Positions 45,631-54,973 of a DNA stretch of 54,973 nucleotides are shown piece by piece. This DNA is from Herpetosiphonaceae bacterium (GTDB lineage: Bacteria; Chloroflexota; Chloroflexia; Chloroflexales; Herpetosiphonaceae). Within the stretch, counting starts at the first letter, position 1. Every line of letters starts with the position of its first letter. Location: NCBI GenBank assembly GCA_013538855.1, contig JABXJS010000091.1, positions 1 through 54,973 of the forward strand, written 5' to 3'. The notes under the pieces were generated by a model. It did not search any database. It saw nothing but the letters and a program-made list of their open reading frames with translations, and was not told the DNA's origin. The position numbers were made by a program, and so were the translations under genes.

Positions 45631-46479
45631 ATGACAAAAGTTGCCTTAGTCACTGCATCAACATCAAGTCTGCCCCAGAGTATTATTCAGCGCTACAACA
45701 TCCACCTGATCCCTTTTGTGATCCAGTTTCTCGATGGTAACTATCGCGAGGGCGAAGACATCAGCCTGATAGATTTTTATCGTCGCCTTGCGAGCGCTGA
45801 GGCTGTGCCAACCACCGCGCCCACATCGGTGGCGCAGTTTATCCATGCATTCGCACACGATTTCCCTGATGCTGATGTGATCATGATGTTTCACCCTTCC
45901 CATAAAACCAGCAACTCCTACCGCAATGCAGTGCAAGCAGCCGAGCGAGTGCCACAGCGCCGCATCATTAATATTGATACCGATGATTTTTCCATCGGCA
46001 GCGGCCTGCTTATTATTGAGGCCGCCCAAGCGCTTGAAGCTGGGCGGAGCGTCGAGGAAACAACGGCGCTGGTTGAGCAACTGCGCACACAACTGTTCTC
46101 GGCCTCGGCACCAGCCTCGGTGAAGTATCTGCGCATGAGTGGGCGGCTAGGGCGGCTGCCAGCCATGGCGGCATCGTTGCTAGGGGTTATTCCGGTGCTT
46201 GGCAAGGGCGAGAACGGCATGGATGTTTTAGCCCGGCCACGCTCCTTCGAGGCCTCCCAGGCAACGATCCTTGATCTAGCACGCACCTTTGTGGGCAACC
46301 ACAGCGTCCGCAGCATCGGCATCAACCATACCAATGCCGTGGACCAAGCCGAGGCGCTGCGCCAGCAAGTATCAGCGCTGTTCCCTAACGCACCAGTCTA
46401 CGTTGGCGACGCTGGACCCATCTTGGCTGTCCACGTGGGACCAGGCGCACTCGGATTGTCACTACTACGAGAGGAGTAG
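45631..46479 (+). CDS. DegV family fatty-acid-binding protein
   Basis: ...KVALVTASTSSLPQS...NIHLIPFVIQFLDGNYREGEDIS... DegV N-terminal fold. RBS gggaggggg before the ATG at 45631. Confidence 0.85.
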   Translation: MTKVALVTASTSSLPQSIIQRYNIHLIPFVIQFLDGNYREGEDISLIDFYRRLASAEAVPTTAPTSVAQFIHAFAHDFPDADVIMMFHPSHKTSNSYRNAVQAAERVPQRRIINIDTDDFSIGSGLLIIEAAQALEAGRSVEETTALVEQLRTQLFSASAPASVKYLRMSGRLGRLPAMAASLLGVIPVLGKGENGMDVLARPRSFEASQATILDLARTFVGNHSVRSIGINHTNAVDQAEALRQQVSALFPNAPVYVGDAGPILAVHVGPGALGLSLLREE

Positions 46480-47367
46480 ATGCTCTTCTTCCGCCGCTCA
46501 CCATCGTCCGCCCAGCTGCGGTTTCGCCCATGCACCCCGAACGATTATGCCACACTCATGCAGCTGTTCACCCAAACTGAGTGGCTGTCGCTCTCTATGC
46601 CGCAAGATGAGCTATTCGCCACCGCCGAGCCACAGCTGAGCTGTGTCGCCGAGCTGGATGGGCGCATCTGGGCAGCGCTGATCGTCACATGGGCGCAGCC
46701 GCCAGCTGCATGGGCACGCGCCATTGTGGTGCGCCAGCCCCTGCGGCCAGTTGAGGTTGTGCCAACGCTGTTACAGCACGCCGAGACGGCTGTCGCGGCC
46801 GCCGGTGGCACAGACATGTACGTGATGAGCGATCAGTTCGATCTGGTCTGGCTACGTCCACTGCTGCTTAACCAAGGCTACCTGGCTCAGGTTGAGGTGA
46901 TTAGCTATGAAAAGCACAGCTTGTTCATCCCCGACTGGGGCAATCAGCAGGTCAGCATTCGTGCCACCACACCTGCCGATATCCCCAGTATCGCACGCAT
47001 CGACTCCAGCGCCTTTCGCGCCGAATGGGTTAAAAGCGATGTTATTTTGGAGAATGTGCTGCCGATTGCACCATGCTACTTGATCGCCGAACGTGCTGGC
47101 ACCATGGTTGGCTATGCCTTCGCCACAACACACCACGGCGGCAGTGTGGCACATTTAGTGCGCATCGCAGTACATCCAAGTTGGCAAGGCCAAGCGATTG
47201 GCGTACGCCTACTGGCCGAAGTCACCCACTGGTGCGCCAACAATGGAGTACAGATTCTCTCCCTCAACACGCAAGCTTCAAATACCCACGCCCAACGCCT
47301 ATATGAGTGGTTTGGGTTTGTGCGCGTTCCCGAGCGCCAAATTGTCATGGCTAAATCTTTAGCCTAG
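46480..47367 (+). CDS. GNAT-family N-acetyltransferase (tandem GNAT; the C-terminal copy is canonical)
   Basis: C-terminal half: ...VGYAFATTHHGGSVAHLVRIAVHPSWQGQAIGVRLL...ILSLNTQASNTHAQRLYEWFGF. ATG immediately follows the degV TAG. Confidence 0.75.
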   Translation: MLFFRRSPSSAQLRFRPCTPNDYATLMQLFTQTEWLSLSMPQDELFATAEPQLSCVAELDGRIWAALIVTWAQPPAAWARAIVVRQPLRPVEVVPTLLQHAETAVAAAGGTDMYVMSDQFDLVWLRPLLLNQGYLAQVEVISYEKHSLFIPDWGNQQVSIRATTPADIPSIARIDSSAFRAEWVKSDVILENVLPIAPCYLIAERAGTMVGYAFATTHHGGSVAHLVRIAVHPSWQGQAIGVRLLAEVTHWCANNGVQILSLNTQASNTHAQRLYEWFGFVRVPERQIVMAKSLA

Positions 47368-47409
47368 CATTGAACCTTTCTTGCTTCATCTGAATGAAGT
47401 ATACAAATT

Positions 47410-48411
47410 GTGGAATCGCTGGAGGCAGCATTGAAACATGTACAGGAAGTCGTCCAGAAAGTGGCGGCAAACGTTGAAAAAGTCATCATTGGCAAGCGTG
47501 AGGCCGTTGAGCTTACGCTGATCGCACTCCTCTGCCGTGGCCATGTGCTGTTGGAAGATGTGCCGGGTGTTGGAAAAACGGTGCTAGCAAAGTCGATCGC
47601 CCGCTCAATCGGCTGTAGCTTCAAGCGCATTCAGTTTACCCCCGACTTGCTGCCCACCGATGTGGTCGGCATCTCGATGTTTAATCAGAAAAGCGGGGAG
47701 TTTGAGTTTCGACCAGGGCCAATTATGGCCCAGATTGTACTGGCCGATGAGATCAACCGCGCCACGCCAAAAACGCAGTCTGCCCTCTTGGAAAGCATGG
47801 AGGAGGGCCAGATCACAGTCGATGGAACCACCTATCAGCTGCCACAGCCGTTTGTTGTGCTGGCGACGCAGAACCCGATCGAGTACGAGGGCACCTTCCC
47901 GCTGCCAGAGGCCCAGCTTGATCGCTTTCTGCTGCGCATCTCGCTCGGCTATCCCTCCAAGCAAGATGAGCTGGCCATCCTCGATCGCCAGCGCGTCCAG
48001 CATCCGTTGAACGCCCTGGATCAAGTGATCGAGGCAGCTCAGCTGCTCGAGCTGCAGCAGCTCATTCGCGATGTCTACGTCGATGACCTGATCAAAGAGT
48101 ATATTGTGGGCATTGTCACCGCCACCCGCTATCACGAAGATATTTACCTCGGCGCTAGCCCGCGCGGCTCGCTGGCCTTGTACCGCACCACACAGGCCTA
48201 CGCCGCCATCCAGGGCCGCGACTACGCCACCCCCGACGATGTCAAGGCGCTGGTGCTCAGCGTGCTCGGGCACCGCTTGATCATCAGCCCCGCCGCGCGC
48301 ATCCGCAATGTGCAGGCCGCCGAGATCTTGCAGAGCGTGCTGAGCCAAGTGCCCGTGCCTGGAGCGCGCGCTGGACGCCGCTTTGAGCGCCAGCCCGCCT
48401 CGGTGCACTAA
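47410..48411 (+). CDS. MoxR-family AAA+ ATPase
   Basis: Walker A GVPGVGKT. Walker [10 protein letters not shown]. ...[24 protein letters not shown]... is the MoxR signature. GTG start. Confidence 0.9.
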   Translation: MESLEAALKHVQEVVQKVAANVEKVIIGKREAVELTLIALLCRGHVLLEDVPGVGKTVLAKSIARSIGCSFKRIQFTPDLLPTDVVGISMFNQKSGEFEFRPGPIMAQIVLADEINRATPKTQSALLESMEEGQITVDGTTYQLPQPFVVLATQNPIEYEGTFPLPEAQLDRFLLRISLGYPSKQDELAILDRQRVQHPLNALDQVIEAAQLLELQQLIRDVYVDDLIKEYIVGIVTATRYHEDIYLGASPRGSLALYRTTQAYAAIQGRDYATPDDVKALVLSVLGHRLIISPAARIRNVQAAEILQSVLSQVPVPGARAGRRFERQPASVH

Positions 48412-48422
48412 AGGAGCCTGCA

Positions 48423-49685
48423 ATGCGTGCTTTGGGCTTGCTGGCCCTGGCGGTGGCGATGTTCTTCACCGGCCTGGCGACCAACATCTCGTTTTTCTAC
48501 TATCTCACCTATGTCCTGCTCGGGCTGCTGGTCGTCGCATACCTGTGGGCCTGGAGCAACTTGGAGGGGCTGGAGCTGGAGCGCGAGTCCAGCGTCACAC
48601 GCGCTCAAGTCGGCGAGACCGCCCGCGAGCGCCTCACCATCTACAACCTGTGGGTTATTCCGAAGCTGTGGGTTGAAGTGCGCGATCACTCTGATCTGCC
48701 CTCGCATGGCCTGGGGTTTGTCAGCTACTTGCCCGGTCGCTCGCGCCGCCGCTGGACGGTGCGCACACCCTGCACGCAGCGTGGCAAGTGGACGCTGGGG
48801 CCAGTCTCGGTGCACAGCGGCGATCCGTTCGGCATCTTTCGGCTGGCGAAGCATGTGGACCTCACCAACGAGCTGATCGTGTATCCGGCCACCGTGGAGC
48901 TACCGCGCTTTCAGCTGCCCACCGCCGATCTGCTCGGCGGCCAGGACCTCCAGCAGCGCACGTTTCATGTCACGCCCAATGTGTCAACGATTCGCCAGTA
49001 TGTGCCCGGCGATAGCTTCAACCGCATCCACTGGCGCTCGACCGCGCGCACTGGCCAGCTGATGGTCAAGGAGTTTGAGCTTGATCCAACCGCCGATGTT
49101 TGGATCGTGCTCGATATGGAGGAGCGCTTTCACCACGCGCTGCCGGACGAGTCGCCGATCCTGATGGCCGCCGATGTGATGCGTGGCAAACTGCGCCTTC
49201 AGCCGGCCAGCGAGGAGTACGCGGTCACGTTGGCGGCCTCGCTAGCGCGGCACCTGCTGCGCCTCAACCGCAACGTTGGGCTGGTCGCGCATGGTCAGCA
49301 CCGCGAGGTCATTCCGCCCGAGCGCGAGGCGCGCCAGCTGTACAAGATTTTGGAGGCGCTGGCGATGCTGCGCGCCAAGGGCCAAACATCGCTGGCCGAG
49401 ATGCTGGCCGCCGAGGGCCACCGCTTCGGGCGCAATGTGTCGCTGATTATCATCACGCCAGCGGTTGATCCGCGCTGGGTAACGAGCCTGCAACATATGG
49501 TCTACCGTGGCGCACGCTCAAGCGTGGTCTTTATCGATCCGCAGTCGTTCGGCGGCTGGCGCGATCCTGCGCCGATTTTGGCCCAGCTGGCTGAAATTCG
49601 GCTGCCAGTTTATCAGGTCCACAACGGCGATCAGCTTGACCATGCGCTGGCAGAGCCAGAGCTTACGCCCAAGGGCAGCCGATAA
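48423..49685 (+). CDS. DUF58 (vWA-like) protein, the canonical MoxR partner
   Basis: N-terminal 2 TM helices. ...PGDSFNRIHWRSTARTGQLMVKEFE...VWIVLD... is the DUF58 core. Confidence 0.8.
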   Translation: MRALGLLALAVAMFFTGLATNISFFYYLTYVLLGLLVVAYLWAWSNLEGLELERESSVTRAQVGETARERLTIYNLWVIPKLWVEVRDHSDLPSHGLGFVSYLPGRSRRRWTVRTPCTQRGKWTLGPVSVHSGDPFGIFRLAKHVDLTNELIVYPATVELPRFQLPTADLLGGQDLQQRTFHVTPNVSTIRQYVPGDSFNRIHWRSTARTGQLMVKEFELDPTADVWIVLDMEERFHHALPDESPILMAADVMRGKLRLQPASEEYAVTLAASLARHLLRLNRNVGLVAHGQHREVIPPEREARQLYKILEALAMLRAKGQTSLAEMLAAEGHRFGRNVSLIIITPAVDPRWVTSLQHMVYRGARSSVVFIDPQSFGGWRDPAPILAQLAEIRLPVYQVHNGDQLDHALAEPELTPKGSR

Positions 49686-49730
49686 TGGCAATGTTCTTGC
49701 TTTCTAGCCTAGCAGCAAAAGGAGGCAAGA

Positions 49731-50219
49731 ATGACGGTATATGTAACAAAAGTGCGCGGGCTGAACCCGCAGGATGGCCTTGTCGGCGGTGCAATCGCCG
49801 GTGTGATCGCCACACTGATCGCGATGGTGTACGGTATGTTTGGCGCAGCATCGTTCTGGACATTCCCGAACCTGCTGGTGACGCTGATCGGCATGCAGCC
49901 AGGCAGCGGCGTTGGCGCGGCGGTGGTGGTTGGCTTTATTATCAATGTGATTCTGCTGGCCGTCTTTGGCCTCGTCTGGGCCTTGATCGCCCGCACGCTC
50001 GAGGGGAAACAGCTGCTGTGGGGCACGCTGTTCTATGCAGCGCTCGTGTGGGCCGTAGGCTACTGGCTGCTCTTGCCCGATGCGGGGCTTGGCTGGAGTC
50101 CGCGCCTGCAGAGTGGCATGGGGCTGCTCGCCTCGCTCTCGGCGATGCTGATCTATGGCAGCGTGCTGGGCGCGTACCTGCTGCGGCACCAGCGGCGTGA
50201 GCTTGTCGATCAGTACTAG
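49731..50219 (+). CDS. Hypothetical small polytopic membrane protein
   Basis: 162 aa with 4 predicted TM helices. RBS aaggagg before the ATG. Confidence 0.55.
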   Translation: MTVYVTKVRGLNPQDGLVGGAIAGVIATLIAMVYGMFGAASFWTFPNLLVTLIGMQPGSGVGAAVVVGFIINVILLAVFGLVWALIARTLEGKQLLWGTLFYAALVWAVGYWLLLPDAGLGWSPRLQSGMGLLASLSAMLIYGSVLGAYLLRHQRRELVDQY

Positions 50220-50303
50220 GGTGATCGTCTACAGTGTGGTTTATCGCTGCTGCGTGTGTGCGCCCGCGCACGCGTGGAGCACGCAGGCAGAACGGAGCTG
50301 AGG

Positions 50304-50972
50304 ATGCAAAGCCGCCTAGAGGCCAGCGAGCTTCTGGATAGCGCCCCCGCTGACATACCCACACTCTCACGGAACTTAACTGAGATGGCCTGGCTGTATC
50401 GCCTCACCGGCGGCGAGCAGCTAGGCTGGCGGGCTATCGCCCCGCTGCTGACAGGCGCAGCAAGCGCTATCAGCGGCATCGACATCGCCTGTGGCGGCGG
50501 ATACAGCACGCGCTGGCTCCAGCAGCGCGCCAGACGGGCTGGCTACCAGCTTAATCTGCTTGGCTGCGATATTCAGCCAACGATCTGCCGCATCGCCCAG
50601 CAGCGTGCGCCAACGATCTGTGGCGATGCACTTCAGCTGCCCTGGGCCGCAGACAGCGTTGACATCGTTGTCTGCGCCCAAGCGATCCATCACTTTGCGC
50701 CAGCGCAGGTGCTGCAACTGCTGCACGAGCTACAGCGCGTGGCACGGCGCGGCGGCGTGATTGTCGATCTCCAGCGCAGCCGCCTGGGCTACTGGGGCGC
50801 ACGGCTAGCCGCGCTGGGGCCGATGACGCAGCTCGGCAAGCACGACGGCCCGCTGTCAGTGCTGCGCGCCTATACGCAGCAGGAGATGCGCGCACTCGCA
50901 GCAGAGGCAGGCATGCACACCTGCGCCTGGCGTGCAAACGCGCTCTACTGGGCGCTGGCCTGGCATGCCTGA
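50304..50972 (+). CDS. Class I SAM-dependent methyltransferase
   Basis: Motif I (IDIACGGGYSTRWL) and motif II/post-I region (...CGDALQLPWAADSVDIVVC...). ATG at 50304 has RBS ggagctgagg. The track start at 50256 is less likely. Confidence 0.7.
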   Translation: MQSRLEASELLDSAPADIPTLSRNLTEMAWLYRLTGGEQLGWRAIAPLLTGAASAISGIDIACGGGYSTRWLQQRARRAGYQLNLLGCDIQPTICRIAQQRAPTICGDALQLPWAADSVDIVVCAQAIHHFAPAQVLQLLHELQRVARRGGVIVDLQRSRLGYWGARLAALGPMTQLGKHDGPLSVLRAYTQQEMRALAAEAGMHTCAWRANALYWALAWHA

Positions 50973-51116
50973 TAGGCCATCAGCCACTATGCTGGTCGGC
51001 GCTGAGCGCCACAGCGGGCGCACGTCAGCCTACGGCAGCAGTCACCGCCGGACAACTAGAGCACACAGGGTAACGGCGCTCAAACAGGCAGGCGAAACGC
51101 AGCAGCGCGAGATCGA

Positions 51117-51926
51117 CTAGCGCGCCACGAACTGTGCTAGCGTCTGCGCGGCGAGCCAGCCTAGCAGCAGTGCGCCAAACAGCCACCATGCGCGACCCCA
51201 GCGCAGCACAGAGCGAGATCGCCCGACACGGTCGATACCCCACAGAGCCAGGATCAACCCAAGCAGCAGCAGCGCAGCAGGCAAACGCCCATCCTCAATC
51301 ACAGCCGCACGTGACGGCAGCCAAGCGGCGAGGCGCGGGACCAACTGATGCACGGCCCACAGCACGACAACGCCACAGTGGCCAGCCCGCCGCATATTCA
51401 AGGCGAGCGCCCAGGGACCGGACAGCTCACAGCGCCAAGGGCCGAGCTGGAGCAGCGGCACAAGCGTGATCGCCCATACGAGTCCCGCAGGCCAGCCAAG
51501 CTCCAAGGTCGCTTGGAGAGTCAAACTGCGCGTCTGCCACCCCAGGACGACCAGCACCAGCCCTTGCAAGGGGGCCGCGACCAGCCAGCCAGTCAGCGCC
51601 TTGATCAGCCACCACTGCTGATCGAGCGCACCACGCCAAGCCAACGCCAGCGCCAAGAGCAAAGGTGCGTCGAGGGCCAGCCAGACCGTCAGCAGATCAA
51701 GCGGCGCACGCATCTCGCCAGTGCCAGGCAACGGCAGGCCAGCCACCGCCACCACTAGCGGCACAAGACCGGCCCAAGCCCCGCGCGGGCTGAGCGTCAC
51801 CTCGGCCTGTGTGGCAAACACGCGCATGAGCACCAGGCCAAGCAGCAGCAGCGCGAGGCCGCTTGGATACAGCAGCAGATGCAGCCAAGCATCGCCGACA
51901 GCGCTACGCCAAGCATCAAAGGTCAT
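51117..51926 (-). CDS. Hypothetical polytopic membrane protein (start trimmed to the internal Met; see frameshift note)
   Basis: Trp/Leu-rich hydrophobic helices. The track ORF extends to 52124 but overlaps the upstream gene in another frame. The likely start is MTFDAWRS at 51926. Confidence 0.45.
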   Translation of the reverse strand: MTFDAWRSAVGDAWLHLLLYPSGLALLLLGLVLMRVFATQAEVTLSPRGAWAGLVPLVVAVAGLPLPGTGEMRAPLDLLTVWLALDAPLLLALALAWRGALDQQWWLIKALTGWLVAAPLQGLVLVVLGWQTRSLTLQATLELGWPAGLVWAITLVPLLQLGPWRCELSGPWALALNMRRAGHCGVVVLWAVHQLVPRLAAWLPSRAAVIEDGRLPAALLLLGLILALWGIDRVGRSRSVLRWGRAWWLFGALLLGWLAAQTLAQFVAR

Positions 51927-53214
51927 CGGACGGCCGATCACGCTGCACCAGTGGGAGTCGCTGGCGTAGCAAGCGCCACAGCGTCGGCGGACGGAGCCGC
52001 ACGCTGGTATCGGTCGGCGGTGTCGATCGCCAGCGCCAGAGCAGCACCCCAACCGCCGCCGCCACCATAAACAGCGCGCCGAGCACGACGCCTGGAACGG
52101 TCGTTGCCGTAACAGAGCCAGCATCGCGCACGCTCAGCCCAATCCAAGGCCAGAGCAGCGGACGGCCAAAGGGCGAGAGGCCCGCACCAAGCTGCTGGAG
52201 CGTCGTGGAGAAAAAGCGCTCCAGCAGCCACGGCAGCCCGATGCCACCAACCAACGCCAGCAGCGCCCGCCCTGTGCCCCAGCGAGCGGACGGCTGCAGC
52301 GTGAGCAGCACCAATGTCGTGCCAACGCAGATCAGCCACAGCGGCAGCAGCAGCACCGCCAAGCCGCCGGTCAGTGCCGCACCTGCGCCAAGCCACAGCG
52401 CCATAAATGGCAGCGTTGGCGGCAGGGCACCAGCGCTGAGCACCGCCAGACGGCCGTGATCGGCGCATGTGGCCAGCGCCAGCAGCGCCGCGAGCGCCAG
52501 CGACCAACTCGCCACAAGCGCGGCCTCCGAGGCCAGCAGTACTGGCGCAAGCGCTGTCGCCCACCACGTTAGCACGAGCCACTCGCCCTTCTGTGCAGCA
52601 GTGGCGCTGTCCACAGCGCGCCACAGACACCACAGCGCCGCACCTGCGCCAAGCAGTGCCGCTGCCACGGCCCAGCCCCAGTTAATCGGCCCCACCGCGT
52701 AGATGCGGAAGAGCGGCAGGAGCATCAGCAGCGCCAGCAAAGGCGCGGGCGCGCACGGCGTGCGGCCAAGCGGCAACAGCCCTAGCCCAAACGCAGCGCT
52801 GATCATCAACACAAACACATGCCATGAGGTGAGGAATGCGCCCAGCGTAGGCGCGCTCCAGCTCCAGGCGTGGGCTTGCCAGCCGAGCCAGAGCCACACG
52901 CCAGCCTGGAGCCAGCCAGCGCAGCGCTGTAGCCATGAGCGGCCAAGCAGCGCGCTGGTGATTGCTGCGCCAAAAGCCACCAAGCGCAGATCGAGGGCAC
53001 ACACAGCCAGGGTCCAGGGCAGCAGCGCGAGCAGCGTGCGCCGATTCAGCTGCTCGGCCCAGGCGAGTGCAGCCAGCGCCAAACAGCCGAGCAGCAGCCA
53101 AGCGCGAGCCACGCCATCGACGTGCAGACCAAACCCAGCCCAGGCGATGTGCGGCGCAAGGCCCATCCACGCACCAGCCAGCAGCAGCAGCCCGCCTGTC
53201 AGCCAGCGGCGCAT
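51916..53214 (-). CDS. Hypothetical large polytopic membrane protein (>=10 TM helices; envelope glycan polymerase/ligase-like)
   Basis: 432 aa, very hydrophobic and W-rich. Its start abuts the stop of the LysM-CE4 gene. Confidence 0.55.
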   Translation of the reverse strand: MRRWLTGGLLLLAGAWMGLAPHIAWAGFGLHVDGVARAWLLLGCLALAALAWAEQLNRRTLLALLPWTLAVCALDLRLVAFGAAITSALLGRSWLQRCAGWLQAGVWLWLGWQAHAWSWSAPTLGAFLTSWHVFVLMISAAFGLGLLPLGRTPCAPAPLLALLMLLPLFRIYAVGPINWGWAVAAALLGAGAALWCLWRAVDSATAAQKGEWLVLTWWATALAPVLLASEAALVASWSLALAALLALATCADHGRLAVLSAGALPPTLPFMALWLGAGAALTGGLAVLLLPLWLICVGTTLVLLTLQPSARWGTGRALLALVGGIGLPWLLERFFSTTLQQLGAGLSPFGRPLLWPWIGLSVRDAGSVTATTVPGVVLGALFMVAAAVGVLLWRWRSTPPTDTSVRLRPPTLWRLLRQRLPLVQRDRPSDDL

Positions 53215-54207
53215 CTAAGGCCCCCACAGCTGCGACAGCGGCACGACCGTGTAGCCGCGGGCATCCAGCTGCTGCAGAATGGTTGGCACAGCGGTGATGG
53301 TGCTTGGGTTGCCAATATGCAGCAAGATAATCGCGCCGTTCAACTCTTCAGGGGGGAGTGTGTTTAGCACACGCTCGATCAGAAACTCCGGCGACTTTGG
53401 CTCGCCGACCGAATCAAGGCTATCGAGCGTCCACAGCACGGGCAGGTAGCCTTGCGCAGCTGTCGTGGTCACAACCTGAGCGTTGATGGCACCGTAGGGT
53501 GGGCGCATAAAGGGGCGCAGGCTGGCCTCGGGGCCAAACAGCTCGACCAGCGCCTGCTCTGTCTGGGTGAGCTGTGCGGTGACTTCAGCAGAGCTTAGGG
53601 TTGTAAGATCAGGGTGGGTGGACGTATGATTGGCCAGCTCGTGGCCATCGGCGCGCATACGGCGCACCAGCTGCGGGTTGGCTTGAATCCACGCTCCGGT
53701 CAAGAAGAAGGTCACGTGGACGTTGGCGGCCTGCAGCGCATCGAGCAGCGCTGGGGCCTGATCGCTCGCAGCACCGGCGTCGAAGGTCAGGGCCACGCGC
53801 TGCTGCGCGGTGGTCGGCCCGCGCTTGATCACTACAGGGGTGCTGGAGAGCGCGCTCGTGTGGCCAGGGAGCAGCGGGATAATCAGCGGCTGGCCGGGCT
53901 GCGGCGGCTGGTCAAGATGATTGTAGCGCTCAATCAACACAGGCGCGCTGCCACCAAGCGTGCTAATCTGCTCGAGCGTGTCGCCAGGCTGCACCACGTA
54001 GGCCGTGTAGCCAGCCCAAGCAAGCTGAAGCACCAGCGGCGTGGGCGTGAGCGGCTGTGCGCTAGGTGGCGGCGCAGCCGTCGGTTGCAGCGTCGCTAAC
54101 GCTGCGCGCGTGTTGGTAGCAGCAGGTGTCGGGGCAGCCACAGCGCCACAAGCCGCCAGCAGGAGCAGCCAACAAACAGCAGCACCAGAGCGCAGCCAAC
54201 GATGCAT
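53215..54207 (-). CDS. LysM-domain polysaccharide deacetylase (CE4 / NodB homology)
   Basis: Signal/TM N-terminus. LysM (YVVQPGDTLEQIS). NodB motifs (...ALTFDAG..., ...HELANHTSTHPDL..., ...RPPYG..., ...ILLHIG...). Confidence 0.85.
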   Translation of the reverse strand: MHRWLRSGAAVCWLLLLAACGAVAAPTPAATNTRAALATLQPTAAPPPSAQPLTPTPLVLQLAWAGYTAYVVQPGDTLEQISTLGGSAPVLIERYNHLDQPPQPGQPLIIPLLPGHTSALSSTPVVIKRGPTTAQQRVALTFDAGAASDQAPALLDALQAANVHVTFFLTGAWIQANPQLVRRMRADGHELANHTSTHPDLTTLSSAEVTAQLTQTEQALVELFGPEASLRPFMRPPYGAINAQVVTTTAAQGYLPVLWTLDSLDSVGEPKSPEFLIERVLNTLPPEELNGAIILLHIGNPSTITAVPTILQQLDARGYTVVPLSQLWGP

Positions 54208-54216
54208 CAGCAGCTC

Positions 54217-54876
54217 CTAGGGAATAATCAGCGTATCGCCAGGCTGAAGATCATCGGCCTCATCGGGAGTAAGGCCATTGGCCTCGATGATTGCTGAGAT
54301 CGGCACATCAAACGCCTCGGCAATTGAGCGCAGCGTATCGCCAGGCTGCACCGTATAGATGCGCTCCTCAGGCTCTGGCGGCGCAGTTGGCTCGGCGGTT
54401 GGTTCTGGCGTCGCGGTTGGCGCGGGCGTGGCCGTCGGGCTGGCAGTGGCGGTCGCCGTCTTGGTGGCGGTGGGCCTTGGCGTCGGTGTAGCGGTCGGCG
54501 TGCGCGTCGGCGGCGTTGGCGTTGGTGCAGCAGGAGTTTTAGGCGCAGGTGTGGGGCTAGCCAACTCCAGCGGCACAGCGTCAGTGCCGGGCGCAATCTC
54601 TAGATCGATGCCCTGCGGCTGAACCAAGGCGAGCGAGCCAAGCGACACGCGCGCGATGTTGGCACGCGCAAGCCAAATCGCCGCCAGCGCAGAGACTGCA
54701 AACGCAACCGTGCCAATCGAGTAAAATGGAACCGCTGTCATCCGGCTGCGCAGAAACCGCAGCAGCCACGCGGTCAGCAATGGCCCAAGCAGGGCAACCA
54801 GTACTGCAAATGTAGTCAACGACACATCCGCCTCCTTCCAGCGCTCAAGTATAGTGCTGGCGGGCAGTTTTGACAA
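54217..54876 (-). CDS. Membrane-anchored LysM-domain protein with Pro/Thr-rich linker
   Basis: TM helices at the N-terminus. A ~70-aa PT/AT-rich low-complexity linker. C-terminal LysM (IYTVQPGDTLRSIAEAF...). Confidence 0.7.
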   Translation of the reverse strand: MSKLPASTILERWKEADVSLTTFAVLVALLGPLLTAWLLRFLRSRMTAVPFYSIGTVAFAVSALAAIWLARANIARVSLGSLALVQPQGIDLEIAPGTDAVPLELASPTPAPKTPAAPTPTPPTRTPTATPTPRPTATKTATATASPTATPAPTATPEPTAEPTAPPEPEERIYTVQPGDTLRSIAEAFDVPISAIIEANGLTPDEADDLQPGDTLIIP

Positions 54877-54973
54877 ACTCAGTAGATCACAGGATTGGCT
54901 CGGGTGGCGTGTAGGGTCGGTACGGTGCGAGCGGGATAGCCCGAACCATGCCGTAGATGGCCGTTACGGCATC

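Noticed and set aside
47605-48423. 272-aa minus-strand ORF antisense to moxR
   Set aside because: It overlaps a CDS with clear Walker A/B and MoxR signature. Its composition is GC artefact.
50973-51116. Possible tRNA or small RNA in the 144-nt spacer after the methyltransferase gene
   Set aside because: Only a short ggcgctgagcgcc hairpin is present. No cloverleaf or T-loop (GTTCGAnTC) consensus was found. No tRNA-like sequence was seen in any intergenic spacer of the window.

Overview
This is a GC-rich (~62-65%) bacterial chromosomal window with dense housekeeping and envelope genes. The gene content points to a filamentous Chloroflexi-type organism: an auracyanin-like blue-copper lipoprotein, a split nuo operon, PT-rich linkers, and Firmicutes-like rpsU-yqeY-pgpH-ybeY-dgkA synteny. 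Features supported from the sequence: a ~122-bp tandem repeat array at the 5' edge; a zinc-ribbon/Ser-Thr-kinase/polytopic-membrane protein; solitary pspA; an MtnA/eIF2B-family gene; a HAD-IIA phosphatase; nuoIJKLMN, with a His-rich insertion in NuoL and a hairpin plus promoter between nuoL and nuoM; a peroxiredoxin; a GT4 glycosyltransferase; dgkA-ybeY-pgpH(7TM-HD)-yqeY-rpsU; aspS; an SdpA/SdpB-like pair (158 aa plus a putative HTTM membrane protein); nfeD-flotillin; a candidate ZTP (pfl) riboswitch with terminator expression platform in front of purH-hisIE; a WecB/TagA glycosyltransferase; a zinc-ribbon membrane protein; two tandem RsbR-like GAF-STAS paralogues converging on a membrane-anchored REC-RodZ-like-HTH response regulator; a 1285-aa NACHT-like STAND NTPase (Walker A Lys replaced by Arg) with HEAT repeats; an OYE-family flavin oxidoreductase; a CheY-ppk1-EEP-P450 block; a tandem double-cupredoxin lipoprotein; HMG-CoA lyase; the jag-yidC-yidD-rnpA-rpmH cluster without dnaA; degV plus a tandem GNAT; moxR-DUF58; and a four-gene envelope operon (LysM, LysM-CE4 deacetylase, two polytopic membrane proteins). 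The most system-like, poorly described candidate is the NACHT-HEAT / membrane response regulator / GAF-STAS locus at 28.2-34.8 kb. The ZTP riboswitch, the SdpAB-like pair and the 5' tandem repeat are the next most interesting. No tRNA, rRNA, CRISPR array or mobile element was seen.
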